Assembly (NCBI GenBank): GCA_000708835.1
Contig: DF237239.1
Span: 47,446 to 111,445, forward strand
Direction: 5' to 3'
DNA from: Klebsormidium nitens
Taxonomy: Eukaryota > Plantae > Klebsormidiophyceae
DNA: 64,000 nucleotides
The position numbers and the translations under genes were made by a program. Below, in pieces: positions 25,001-37,953 of the stretch (positions are counted from its first letter, which is position 1; each line of letters starts with the position of its first letter). The notes beneath the pieces are model-generated. The model was not told the origin of the DNA, ran no database searches, and saw only the letters and a program-made list of their open reading frames with translations.

Positions 25001-28000
25001 ACCCCGTATGCGATTCGCGGCAGAAAAGAAGCAATCCAAGCGCGGTGCTGTAATCTACTCATACAAGTAGCTCGGTTCGTGCGGTCTCCGCTAAATCTGC
25101 CCCCCCCCACCCCCCTGCTGCAGATGTGCCTGGACACGGGCCAGGACCCGGACGGCGGCTACACGTCATTCAACAACTTGGCATATGCCGCGCTGGCGGT
25201 GTTCCAGGTGCTGACCATGGTGAACTGGACGAACCTGCTGTACCAGCTGCAGGCGTCCGGCCCCGGCTGGGTGGCCATCGTGTGGTGCTTCCTGCTCATC
25301 GCCATCGGCGCGCTCTTCTCGCTCAACCTCCTCGTCGCCGTCATCGGGTGCGCGCGCGAGAACTGCGTCCCATCCACTTTTCAAAGCGTTGTCCTGGGGC
25401 TTGCTGTTTTTATTGGGCATTAAGTCGGCTCCCTGTGGTCTGGTTCGAAAGCAGTTTTTGGTGAAAAGATCCTAAAGGACTGTCTCCAAGGCCTTCCAGG
25501 CCTCTTGGTGACCTGAATTTTGCAACTCACTTATCGCCGACCAAGAGGCCTGAGATTCGCTACTCTCTGATCGCGGATTCAGTAAGCAAACAGGTTTTCC
25601 TTCCCCGAGCGGGCCCTCCTGCTAAAGGGAACGCAAGTTCGGAGCACTCGATCATTTGAGCACCGTTTCTTTGCATCCGGGTGACGACAAGCTGAATGAA
25701 GTCTTCCTGGCAACCTACTAAACCGTCTGCAAAGCCAGAAGTTCACGTTGAATATGACCTCATGCGGTCACGCCCGCCGCCCAGCCCGGGCGCTCAACCG
25801 CTGATCCCCCTCCCCCAGGTCCAAGTTCTCGCAAGAAAACATGCTGGAGAAGCGGCGCAACTACAAGTCCGGATCGCCCCAAGACGCGCTGGGGCGCAGC
25901 ACGTCGTTCCAGTTTCTGCGCAGGAAGCTGGGCAAGCGCATGTACCGGATCACCAGGAAATTGACGGCGCCGCTCTGGTGGGACATTCCGTTCAGCGCCC
26001 ACCTGCGGCGTATCGTGGCCAGCCCGCGCTTCGACAACGCCGTCATGGCCGTCATCTGCCTGCAGACCCTCCTGCTCTCGCTCGACTACTACGGTGGGGG
26101 ACCGCGCGCGCACCTCGCGGTGCCCACTTCTAAAACTCTTTCTTTGAGAACCCAAGCCGACGATTTGCACAAGGCAGTCGCTTTTTTCTTGTGAGAATGA
26201 GCCTGTTGCCGTGCTGGTTTCTCAAGCAGTCTGCTACGAAGGTGGATTCTCTTTCAAATTGGCGAAGGTTGCCCTCTCCAATAGCGTCTTGAAATATGTA
26301 GGCATGCCAGCATCCCTGGATCGCGCTGCTCGAAGGAACTTTTGATTGTACGTAAAAGTGCTCGTACTTGAGCAAGTGAACAGTCGTCCGGGTAAACGCT
26401 GCCCTTAAATTGTCTTCCTGGGACCACTCGCAACAAAGGTAATGAAAACTCAAAAGATCTGACAGTCATTTTGTTAAGACTCATTTGGCAACGCCAATCG
26501 AATCTGGACCCGTGTTGCAAACGCTACGCACGGCACCCACCCCGGACGCCTTGCCCTTGAGCTTACTAAATGCACAGCGGTCAGGAACTAATTGCTATAT
26601 ATCTAGGCATATATGCTACCTATATACTGAGCGGTAAACGCTCAATTACCCAGCCTATTTGAGACGGATACAGAAACAGTCTTTCAAAGCAACGCGCCAC
26701 ACAGCCGCTGACCCTGAGGCTGCCCCGGTGCAGGCATGAGCGAGACGGAGCGGCTGGTGATCCAGGACATCAGCTACGTCACGAGCGGCATCTTCATCCT
26801 GGAAATGGTGCTCAAGATCTGGGGCCTCACCGTGGGCGGCTACTTCGGCAGCGGCCAGAATGTGTTCGACGCCATCATTGTCATGCTCACCGTCATCGAG
26901 CTCTTCCTCTCCTCCTCCAAGCTCAAGGTGACGCAAGCAGGCCGGCTCGGAGTGTTGGATAAGAGAAGTGGCCTGACTGGACCACCAACTGTTGGGACCT
27001 GAGCTGCTGTGCAACTTGATATCACTGTCTTGTCTTTCTGGGCGCTTGTGCTTTTGATCACAGGAACGGAACTGCTGCCTTCATACCTGAGCTGTCAAGC
27101 TTTGTTTTGACACTTTCACTATGGTAAAGGCGTGGAAGCCTTGACTGGTATGATAGGCAATTCTCGGCCGTTCTGAAAGAGGACCTTGTCCAAACGGCCA
27201 CTGCTGCTCCTCCGCTTTGTTGGGCGCCATTTCTTTCTTTGAATTGAACTGTTGGGCTCTGGTTCCGCAGGCGCTGCAAGCGTTCCGGCTGCTGCGTATT
27301 CTGCGGACGGTCCGCATCTTCCGCGCGTACAAGAACTTCCGGCGGCTTATGGACTCCATCCTGCACGGCCTGGTCAGCCTGCGCGAGTTCCTGCTGCTGC
27401 TCGGCATCTGCATCTTCATCTTCGCAGTGCTCGGCATGCAGGTGGGCACGCATGAAAAACGCTTGCACTCTTCCGCCAACTTGCCAAGTTTCTGGTACGC
27501 TTCATGAACGTTGCTGCCTTGGTGGAGCGGGCGTCTGAAGAAGGGTCACAATCTGCCCCTGCTTCTTCTCGCGCACACTAAGCTATAGCAACCGAGAAAC
27601 AGAGTGCAAAGCGAACGAGTTAAGAAATAGCAGGACATGTGAGCGACTTTCTGATGACGAAGTTCGATCAATTAAATACTTCCTACACCACGCAGATCTC
27701 CCTGGATCGGTACATGATCATGAATCCGAAACCTTGGTTAAATTTAAGCTTTAGAGATCCTGATCCTGATCCTGATCCTGCAATAAGCTGTTCAATCTCA
27801 GAGGACGCTGGAGGCAGTCCATCTAGTAGAGTTCCATAGCTTTTTACAGGCATTCCACTGATCTTCGCGAAAGAACGCTTCCGTTCTTGACCGTGTTTCT
27901 TTTCGCAGCTTGATCCAGCTTGAATCAGGTCGTTATCCGTTCACTTCCACAACCATTAAACCGCTTGTCTCTCCACTTAACCTGTCCGGTTCTTGAGCGT

Positions 28001-31000
28001 GATTTATTTCCCCCCGCAGCTGTTTGGCGGCAACGTGGCATTCTCCGGGGAGCGCCAGAACTTCGACACGATGTGGATGAGCGTGCTCATCATGTTCCAG
28101 GGCCTGACCGCCACCACGTACACCCAGACCATGTGGCACGCTATGCACGCCGTCGGCTGGCCCGCGGCCGCCTACTTCGTCGCCTGGATGGTCGTTGGCA
28201 ACATCGGACTTCTCAACCTGGTCAGCCCGCCCCCGCCTAAGGGCGCTCCTTAAGAAATACTCCTTGCTTTTACTGGAAAACGTGCAGTTTCTTGGTGTGA
28301 TTATGTTTGGACGTCAGCTCTGGAACCAGTCCGCTCCGCAATCTGGCGCCCGTTGACTTCGACCGAAGGCTCATGAGGGTTGTGACACCATTTCCTTGCT
28401 TCCGTCATACCTGACGAGGGACGTCAGATATAATACTGTGCGCTGAGCAGAAATGGCCCGTTCGCGGTGCAGCTGCTGGCTATCATGATTGACCACTTCA
28501 ACAGCGACCCCACCGAGTCCGACGGCGAGCGGAGCATGAAGCGGATGACGGACGCAGGGGACGGGGGCGGCATCTTGTGAGCACGCAAAGAACTCACCTT
28601 TGCGGAACATGACCCGACGAAGGCTTACTTAACACAACCTTTGTCTTTCAACGCGTAGCTTACCTGACTATCTAGCCGAATTCGTTTCCTCGAGTGCCGC
28701 AGCCCCTTATCTGTTCTTTATTGTGTGGACCACTGTCACATGTTTCCACGTGCTTTACGCTTCTACCGCTTCGCGCTTCTTGCAAATTTTTCTGTTCCGA
28801 ACTCATTGCGAGCCGAGACATTCAAGCCATCTTCGTTCCCGACCACTTACGAGAAGCCAGGCTCACCGCCGACCTCCCCCCGCGCGTTCTGCAGCGGCAT
28901 GATCGCCAAGCGGCGGCAGCGCATTTTCGCGCACGAGGCGGAGCGCACGGCGGCGTGGCTGCGCGCGGTGGGCGAGGAGTACGTGCCCAAGAAGAAGCTG
29001 TCGTTCATCGGCCGCTTCAGCTCCACGGTGACCAAGCTGCGCGGCGTCAGCTCGTTCATGCGCAAGAAGAAGTCCGTCACCTCCAGCAACAACAGCTCCA
29101 TCACCTCGTCGGCCGCGCCGAGCGTGCACACCAGTGTCAGCAGCCGAACCCAGCGCTCGGTCACGGGCCGCACCCAGGTCGCGCGCTCGCGTCAGTCCGT
29201 GACGGGGCGCAACTTCCTGTACGCGGCCGCGAACGCGGCGGAGGCGAAGGTGGAGGCGAAGAAGAAGGAGCGAGAGGAGGCGGAGCAGGAGGTGTCGCCG
29301 TGGAAGGCGGTCGCCGCGAAGATGGGCGTCGAGAAGGTGAACAAGGCCAAGCCCAAGTCCATGGTGGCCATCCTCGCGGCGATGCAGCCCAGCAAGACGG
29401 GCGGCGATTCGCCCACGCGCGCGTGGTCGGTGGGGAAGGATCTCTCCGTCAGCCGCCGCTCGGCGTCAGTCGTCGGGCGGACCATGCTCTCTGGGGCGAC
29501 GCTATCGCCGGCCTCCCCCGGGGCAAAGCAGCGGCGGGCATCCAGCATGCTGCGCCTGCAGGTGGACGCCCCGCCGGGCCCGGCAAGCGGCCCGGCGAGC
29601 CCCCCCGACCTTTCAAGCCCCAAGAGCAGGTTCCACGCGCGGCGCGCGCACTCTGTCGCGGACATGTCGGCGCTGCGGGACCGCCTCGTGGCGCAGGCAG
29701 CCGCTGACAGGCCAAACGACACCTCACATCCGACCGTATCGTCTCACCGTGCGATCGACAACGATGGGGAATCCCCTTGGATCGGCAAGCCGCTGTCTTT
29801 GGGCAATTCTCCAGAGCCGGAGGCAGAAGGCGCGAGCGAGCGCGAGCCGCTTCTGCCGCATCTTACGGAATTCAAGATGCGGAAGGCGGGCGCGGAGGAC
29901 GGGTTACAGGGTTTGGTAACGGAGCCCGCGCAGGCGGCCGCGCCCTCCGCGATGCGCGGCGGCATGTGGCGCACGAGGTCAATGCGGAAACGAGAGACGC
30001 GGGGCAGCGCGGAGGAAGATATCGACGAAGAGGAGTGGCGGAACCTTCCGGGTGAGATGACGGAGATCTTATGCAAATCCATAGTCTTTTGATTCCACGC
30101 AGAGCTGCTCAAATTCGATGACACAGGCCACAAGGGTCAGTAAGCAGAGCCGCGCTTGATCACGAACGGCACCACCGGCACCTGGACGTCAGTGTCAACA
30201 TTCAACGCTCTCATCCATCATGCGAGGGTTCTACTTGCCGTGCCTAAGGGAGACGAGTGTCAAGGATCTGAGGCTGACCTCTGACCCTAATCACACTTCC
30301 AAAGCATCCGTCATGTTTCTGTACAGCTCCCAAACAAGCTTCCAGCCACCCATACTCGCCATGCCTCCTTGCCCAGAAAGCCTAGAAACGCCTCCGTGTA
30401 ACAGACGCCCGCCTCCCCCGCGCTTGTCCTGACGCACACGTGGCGCTCTGTGGCAGGTGCTTGCATGCCGTCCAAGCGGCAGCTGGCGCCGCTGCTGTCG
30501 TGGGAGGTCCTGCCGCCACCTGTCCCGGGCGACCTCGTGCTGCCGTACGATCTGCCGGACGAGGTCGAGGATGAGCTGGTGGTGTCCAAGGTGAGCACCG
30601 CGGACGCGGCCGCGGCCGCAGAGGCGCTTGTGGCCAGATCAACCGAAACGTTCTCGCCGGTTCGTCCGTTCCATTCATCTGTGCGGCTTCGCTGAATCTT
30701 GCTCAAAACCTGCTAGCTACGAAGTATTCCACCTACACTCCAAAGCATAGGCTTACCTAGGAGATAGCTAGGCCGCCCGCAGTGAACGCCAAACCCCTGC
30801 TCTTCCGCGCAGGCCGAGCTGCGGCGGCGCGCGGGCATCCCCAAATCGTGCGGCACGCTCATCTCCACCGCGCTGCCGAACGTCGGGCGGCAGCGCCTCG
30901 CGGGCAAGCCGGCCGCGTCGATGACGACCCAGGGTACGCGCGCGCCAACGCGCACGAAAAAGAAGGGCGACCTGAAGGTGGCGGCCAAGGCGATTGGGAG

Positions 31001-34000
31001 GGCGCTGCAGGGGCTGCTGGCGAACCCTATGGAGTCGGCCGGCTGCATGCGCTACAGGTGATTGTGCGCGCGCGCATTCTTGGTATCCATCTCGTCAGAT
31101 CGAACGATCCATGAAGCTCGTACCTGAATGCGGACATCGATTCATCTGGCACCGACCTTGAACTTAAACATGGGCTTGCTTCTCAAGCTCCCCCATCCTC
31201 ATCTCATGCCCGGAATCGGTGTTCACCATTTGCAACGCCTCGCGAGTCGTGCAAATGCGACTCAGAAAGTCTCAGATTGACCTACTGGAACCCCGGAACC
31301 GCTATATTTTCCCACTACGATTTGATACGTGTCTCCCCCAGGTCTCTCGGGTTCCTTCCGCCGACGAGCCCGTTCCGGCGCGCGCTGTTCCTGCTGGTGA
31401 GCAGCAAGGAGTACGAGTGGCTCAGCCTGATCATGGTGATCGCCAGCTGCCTCTCGCTGGCTCTGGACTCGCCGGAGCTCTCCGACACGTCACCGCTCAA
31501 GCACGCGCTCTGGTTCTCCGACATCATCTTCGCCACCTTCTTCTCCGCCGAGTGCCTCGTCAAGGTGAGCCGCCGCGGAGCCGGACTACGCAAAGTGGTC
31601 TCTTCACCTGCGGGTTTTCGGGCTTATAAAGTGATTCCAGCACTGTGTAGATTGAATCGCCGTTCAATTCGCTCGCGGCCAGGTAATAGATCTGATCATA
31701 GGCGCGCGAGCGGGTCTAGGAACTTTCAAAGGAGAGACCTCGACGTCCGCCAATCGTTGCTTCCTGACATCCTGCGCGGACAGAGAGAGCCCATCGCTAA
31801 TCTCGAAACGGCGCGCTGAGTTCAATATCCCCTAACAAGCGCCACAGATTCCCTCGCTCACAAAGGCCTCACCAGAAAGCTCGAAAAGGTTTCGTTGCAT
31901 CACTCAAGGCGAGTGGAGTCGCACGCAGCTCACCCCTCCGCCCCTGGTGCGTAGATCTTGATCATGGGCCTCTACGCGCACGAGGGCGCGTTTTTGCACA
32001 GCTCGTGGAACAAGCTGGACGTGCTGGTTACGGTCTGCAGTATCGCCGCCTGCTTCGTCAGCCCCACCCACCAGGGCGACCAAGTCAAGTCGCTCCGCTC
32101 CTTCCGCCTCCTGCGCGCGCTGCGCCCGCTGCGCATGGTCAGGTGCGCGCTCTGGCGTGCGGCCGCGGGAGGCCGCTGGCGGCCTGCACTTGCTGTTCTT
32201 CATCTCTGATCTATTCTGAGTCGAAAAGTTGGATTTAAGACCTTCTTTGAAGCAACTGAATGATCCAGCGCCGAAACGAGAGATGCGCCAGGCCTCTGAT
32301 CGGCCCCCATCTCCGGAGGCAGATTCAACGCTGCTTGTGCGTATTTCAGCTTGCCTCTACTCTTCAGGGACCAATTCTCACCATCCAAACAAAGGAGACG
32401 TACAAAGAGAGCCGATTGTGTGGGGCTCTTCTCACTGTTGATTACACGCCGGAAGCGTTCACTTACGAGCGAAGACATACCACACATCCCGGCGCAATTA
32501 CTCGCACTGGTAAAAGAAGACGAACTTATCAGGAATCAGGACTTCTCCTGAGTCCCGTTTCCGTCCTTTTTGCAGCAAGCTTAAGAACTTGCGCATGGTG
32601 ATCCTGACGCTGAGCCGCGCTCTGCCGTCTTGCATCAACGTGATTGCGCTGGGACTGTTCTTCTTCATCATCTACGGCGTGCTGGGAGTGCAGCTCTTCG
32701 CGGGCACCTTCTACAGATGCAACGATAACTCCGTGCGCTCGGTCGAGGTACGCCCGAGAGATTCATTTCATTTCTCAGGTCTTGCATCGCAGATTCTCTG
32801 CTCCTTTGAGCCGTATGTTTCTTTTTTGATCCAGCCTTGCATTCCTGTCATGTCTCAGAGGCAAAGCTGTCCCAAATTTTTTTTTGTTGACTTCTAAAAG
32901 TTGGGAAGCCTTGCAAAAATGTGCATTGAAGAAGAGCCCATCAATCCGCTTCATGTGGTTCGAAACGCCCTCTCCCCTCAACATCGATAGAACTTTCACC
33001 AATCGTACAGTAAAAGTATCTTTCAAAGCAGTTGTCGAGTCCCATTGCCAAGCGCAGAGTTCGTCTTTCCTCTCGTCATTTCAATCTCCGGTTTCTTAAA
33101 ATCTGTTAGGTTTTTTGCGTCTCTAAATCTGCGCACTGAATTTTGCAGGAGTGCGTGGGCACCTTCACGGACCCCTCCACCGGGCTGCTGGCGGATCGCG
33201 TATGGTCCAACGCGCACATAAACTTTGACAACCTGTGGTACGCAATCGTGGCCATCTTCGTAGTAGTAACGCTCGACGACTGGCCATCGCTCATGTTCCA
33301 AGCCATGGACGCGACGGGCGTCGGGAAGCAGCCGCGGCTGAACAACCAGATCTGGGCGTCCATCTACTTCATATTTTTGCTGCTCATGGGGGCGGTGTTT
33401 TGGGCGAATCTGCTGGCGGGCGTCGTGACGGACTGCTACTCCAAGCTGCCGCCCGAGGACAAGGACATGCTGTTCATCACGGAGAGCCAGAAGCGCTGGG
33501 CGCAGGCCATCAAGATGAAGCGCTACGAGAACCAGGTGTCAATGCACAAGTCCGCGCCGCCGCAGGTAACCACGGCGGGGTCGCCTGGCTCCCAAAATTA
33601 GGTTTCTCGAGTTTCGGGGTGTGATGTGAAGGAGGTGTATATTGGAAAAAAAAATTGTTTTCTTTGTGCAAGGGTGCGGAAGCTTTTTGGTGCAAACTCG
33701 TTGACACAGCACTTGGAGAGACGAATCGGATGTGAAGGCGACTTTCGACCTGTTTGCAAAGGCTCAAGGGTTGCATGTCACCTCTTTTCCAGAATCAAAA
33801 CGTGGACTTGTTGAAGGTACGTCGTTCATTTCCGCTCCGCAGTGGACTCTTTGGGCAAATCGCAGAATCGTATACCCCCGCGGCGCAGGCGAACGTGGTA
33901 CGGCGGGTCGCGTGGGCGATCGTGACGAGCAAGACGTTCGACTACGCGGTGCTGACGCTGATCATGCTCAACATTCTGCTGCTCGCGGTTCAGCACAAGG

Positions 34001-36514
34001 ACGAGGACTACGTGTGGCTGGAGATCACCCGCATCGGCAACTATATCTTCACCTACTCCTTCTGCGCGGAGCTGCTGCTCAAGCTGACCGCGCTCGGCCC
34101 GCGCAAGTACTGGGCGGACGGCTGGAACCGCTTCGATCTAGTCGTTGTCGCGGGGTCCGTCCTGGACCTCAACGTCAAAACCCTCAACATCGGCGCGCGC
34201 GTGAGTGGCTTTCGATGCTTTAGAAGCGAAGTCACTCTCAACTTTTAGGACTTTTTAAACTGGAAACTACTTCTTTCCGTCGGAGCTTGGACTGAGATTG
34301 AGACTGAGAAACTCTTGCATCGTCTGAAGACGAAACATAGCATTCCATCCCTCCAGTCTCTCTTCAATCTGAGGAACTCCAAGCAAGGGCAGGTTCCTAA
34401 CAGTCCATCCCTGGTCAGAATTCTTTCCACTACCGTCAGCTTCCAGTTTCACCACACAAAAATGAGAAAGGCTGATGGTGCACCAATTACAGTTGTCTGA
34501 TATCTGCTCAAACCCCTGAAGACCCCACCTCCCAGTCTCAAGATTCTCCTCTGAATCGAAGTAACATAAGTTCTAGGTGTGAGAAGAACAGTCCCCGAGG
34601 TAGAGCAAACCAAAAACCTAAACCGGCAATCGCCTCGGGCACCTGGAGTTCGCACCCAAGATGTTGCACGGCCAGTCTGCATTCGGGTGCGAAATTCACG
34701 GAAATCGACAATATACCACACTCCCTCTCTGGGAAACTATCGAACACTCCGTCGAAACAACATCTTCGGTGCGAGATTAAGGGGCCCGAGCCCATTATCC
34801 GCACCCCTACCCAACTTTATCCCCCAGCCTAACCCCACCCGTTTACCGAGCCATAACGTTACCTACCCATTGCTCCACCTTTCTAAACAGTAGGTATGTA
34901 GTCTCAACCGTTTCCCGCTGCCCGCCAGGTGTTTCGCCTGGGCCGTCTGTTCAAGATCATCAAGGCGAGCCGCGGGCTGCGCACTCTGGTGAACGCGTTT
35001 GTGGGTGCGCTTCCGGCCATGTTCAACGTGGGCCTGCTGTTCTTCATCATGATCTTCATCGCCGCCATTTTGGGGATGGACCTCTTCGGAACGCTCCCCG
35101 ACGGCGAGGGCATCTTCGACCACAACAACTACCGCAACGTTGGCAACTCGCTCCTCGCCTGCCTCAAGCTCTTCACCGGCGATAACTGGTGAGCCAAACT
35201 TAGCCGTCTTTAAGTAGGTTCAGAATGTTCCATAATGGTTTTGCAGCGGCTTTGTTCAATCGAAAGCTCCTGACGCGTTAACTTGTTTCCGAAGGCGTCT
35301 GCGACTCTTCTTGACTTGCAGACGCGCCTGACGGTGAGGTCTCTCAGTGCACATTCTCGTGGTCAAAAGGTAGACGGGCTCATCTCGTTTGCTTCTCGCC
35401 TTCTGATGAGCTTTATTCGACTTTCACAACTGGTCAAATCCCTCGAGCTCTGCTCCCTGTTTTTCCCTCAGAACGCCCATCTACTTCCAGACGACATGCT
35501 CGGGCAACGGCGCGAAGTTCAAGCTCTTATTGCCACAACGCCCCATCATACCACTTGCGTTCTGAGCATCTCATTCAACTCTCAAACCTGTTCTGACCCC
35601 TCGAGCTGTGCTCCCTGTTTTCCCCAGGACGCCCATCTACTTCCAGACTACGTGCTCGGGCAACGGCGCGGAGTGTTTGGTTCACATCCTGGTGCCGGTG
35701 TACGTGCTGCTCTACACGGTCATCATGCGTTTCATGCTGCTCAACCTAGTTCTCTCCGTCATCCTGGATCGCTTCACCGACTCCGCCACCTACGAGGGCC
35801 TGCTCTCCACCGACAACTTCTTCGACGTGAGCGCGGCAACCGGGCAACTCTTTCTCCCAACGAGTGCCAAGTCGTGTGCTCAATTTTAAAGACGTGTTTC
35901 GCGCATACTTTCAGGACGCTGTAGATCTTGCTATGAATATGTTGGTTCAGGGGTGAGTTGAAATTAGCAGATTGATGGAGATCAATCAGAAAAAGGGGCT
36001 GCTTCTCGACGAGGTGACGAAATCGGTTCAACTTTTGAGGAGTCAGAGACACCGCTCAGAATTGCTAGCTTGAATTTCATTAGCTTCTGCCTCGCCAAGT
36101 TGGCATCACAGCATATGAAAAACATCACTTCCCAAAGTATTGAAGATAGTGCTACCATTTTTGTAAAAGACGGTAACGATTGTCGAACGAGCGTTCACTT
36201 TGTCAGAGTTGAAGCTTCTATCTTCCGATTTTAGCCGCTTTCCCGTCCCGACTTTGCAGGCGTTGCAGCGCAAGATGCTGCTTGACGGCTTCGTCCGCAA
36301 GCTCAAGATGAAGATCCGCGGCAGCCCCAACGGGCGCACGCTCGCGCGCTCCGCCAGCGCGCGCAGCCTTCTCGAAGGGCCCTCCCAGAACCCCGTCCCC
36401 GCGGGGCTGGTCGCGTTTGCATTGAGCAAAGCCAAACAGCGCGAGCAGCAGCGCGCGACGAGCGGCCGCGAGGTCAACCGCGGGAGCGACGAAGATAGCA
36501 TGCCGTCAAGATGA
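22091..36514 (+). CDS. Four-domain (4x6TM) voltage-gated cation channel alpha subunit, Cav/Nav superfamily, about 22 exons
   Basis: Four S4 helices: TVRVVRVLRPLK (~23059), FRLLRILRTVRIFRAYK (~27283), KSLRSFRLLRALRPLR (~32087), AR|VFRLGRLFKIIK (34195|34929). Four pore loops: FQVLTMVNW (25202-25228), FQGLTATTY (28095-28121), FVVVTLDDW (33257-33283), LFTGDNW (35169-35188 plus 35628). S6 segments FSLNLLVAVI, IGLLNL|LLAIMIDHF, FWANLLAGVVTD, FMLLNLVLSVILDRF. S2-S3 motifs YLASGWRRLDF, GSGQNVFDA, LHSSWNKLDV, WADGWNRFDL. ATG at 22091, stop at 36514. Confidence 0.93.
25497..25552. repeat. Small intronic inverted repeat (13-bp perfect arms)
   Basis: caggcctcttggt (25497-25509) and accaagaggcctg (25540-25552) are exact reverse complements. 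Confidence 0.6.
34650..34845. repeat. Intronic repeat-like insertion: 17-bp inverted repeat followed by a degenerate CTAACC core
   Basis: tcgcacccaagatgttg (34650-34666) versus caacatcttcggtgcga (34758-34774), one mismatch. It is followed by ccgcacccctacccaac...cctaaccccacccgt, which resembles the cores at 1641-1697 and 55831-55886. Confidence 0.45.
35441..35682 (+). repeat. Direct duplication (~75 bp) of the intron/exon junction of the channel's domain IV pore exon
   Basis: cctcgagctctgctccctgtttttccctcag|aacgcccatctacttccagacgacatgctcgggcaacggcgcg (35441-35514) versus cctcgagctgtgctccctgttttccccag|gacgcccatctacttccagactacgtgctcgggcaacggcgcg (35599-35671). Confidence 0.9.
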
Positions 36515-37953
36515 GGATGGCGTGCTTGTACACACGACGGCAAAAGTGTTGCGTGCGGTGTCGTCACCGCAGGGATTGAGGAGATCATTGCCCACCGAAG
36601 GAAGAGGTCAGGGATAGGGCAGTGAGCATTCGGCGAGGCTTACCAGCCTAGCTCAAGGATCAACATACCAAGAGTATAGGCGTCGCATTAGTAGGGTGAA
36701 CTTCGCAACCACAGCTAGCAGTTGATGGTGCATAGAGCGTTGCGTATCGAACTTCACAGCCGCACTGAGGAGGGCGGCAGGTAAAGATGGACGGCGATGT
36801 ACGTTGTCACCAGTAGAGGGGCTCATAATGGATCTTAAGATTAGTCAAAGTTGTCTACTTTGACAGACGGTATCGGAAGCATTCATCTTTTCAACTTGGT
36901 TAAAAGGTTACAACTAAGCTGGATGCGCTTCTGTCCTCCTTGACTCTAGCGTGCCCTTCCGACCGGACAAACACGTTCACTTTTGTAGCTGTGCATCTGA
37001 GCATTTGCCATGGAGACGTCTCTTGCAGCCTGCGTGCTTGTTCCATGCTATCACTATCGCTTAGCATGCAGAATGATCAAAGACCCTGCGTGCCTATACT
37101 TCTTGGGTTAAAGAGAGCGCGCATGAGGAGTGATTGAAAAGGAGGAAGCACGCACGTGTATCTACCCAAGGTTGTCGATGGTGGGTAATCATCCCGTTAT
37201 TCGGCGGGGCATCTATCGTATGAACGTGTGAAAAGCCATGTGCAGGTAGAATGTAAACAAAAAAGGAGCCCGGCCTGTGGCTGTCTTATAGTGTCAGTTG
37301 AAAACTTTCAGAAATACCGTCAATTTGTCACTGGCCGGCCCAGTCATGCAGAGCATGGATTGGCCGGGGACATGGCGCATTGGAGTCTTACATGAAAGTT
37401 TAGCCATCGGATATATGCACACACAGAACATGCTGCCGATCAGAAGCCAGAGTTACCGGCGGCCAGCTGGGCGTATGCGCATGCAAAACGCCCCGGCCAT
37501 GCTACAAGCACACAAGGCTTCATCGTATGCTTGACTCGGCGCTATGATCGATGGGCAGAATTCAGATTCCGCAAACGTTCGTCATATGCTGGAGATATAC
37601 AGCTTCCGTTTTATGTTTCAAGCCGCCTGAGCCGCGCGATGGTGTTTGGAGCCTTCCGAAGGTGTAGTGAGCATCGTGTCGACCAAAGCAAAGGTCAGCA
37701 TTGACTCCCAAGGCAGATTAGACGCCTGGCAGTCCTGTCACGATTTGCTCAGGAAATTGCAATTGTTGGCATCAATAAACCCAAGCGACCCAGGTGTAGA
37801 GGAACAGCCAAATTGCTTATAGAGAGAATCGCACTTCCATTTACAACGAGCAAGCCATTCCACTGTGTCTAATGCCCTAGCCGGTACTCGAGAATTTCCG
37901 TTCCCTCTTCTGATCTGCCACGAACAGCCCCCGCTCGCTCACACGCCCCCAGC

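Noticed and set aside
27757-27781. (GATCCT)4 microsatellite in a channel intron
   Set aside because: Ordinary short tandem repeat with no sign of function.
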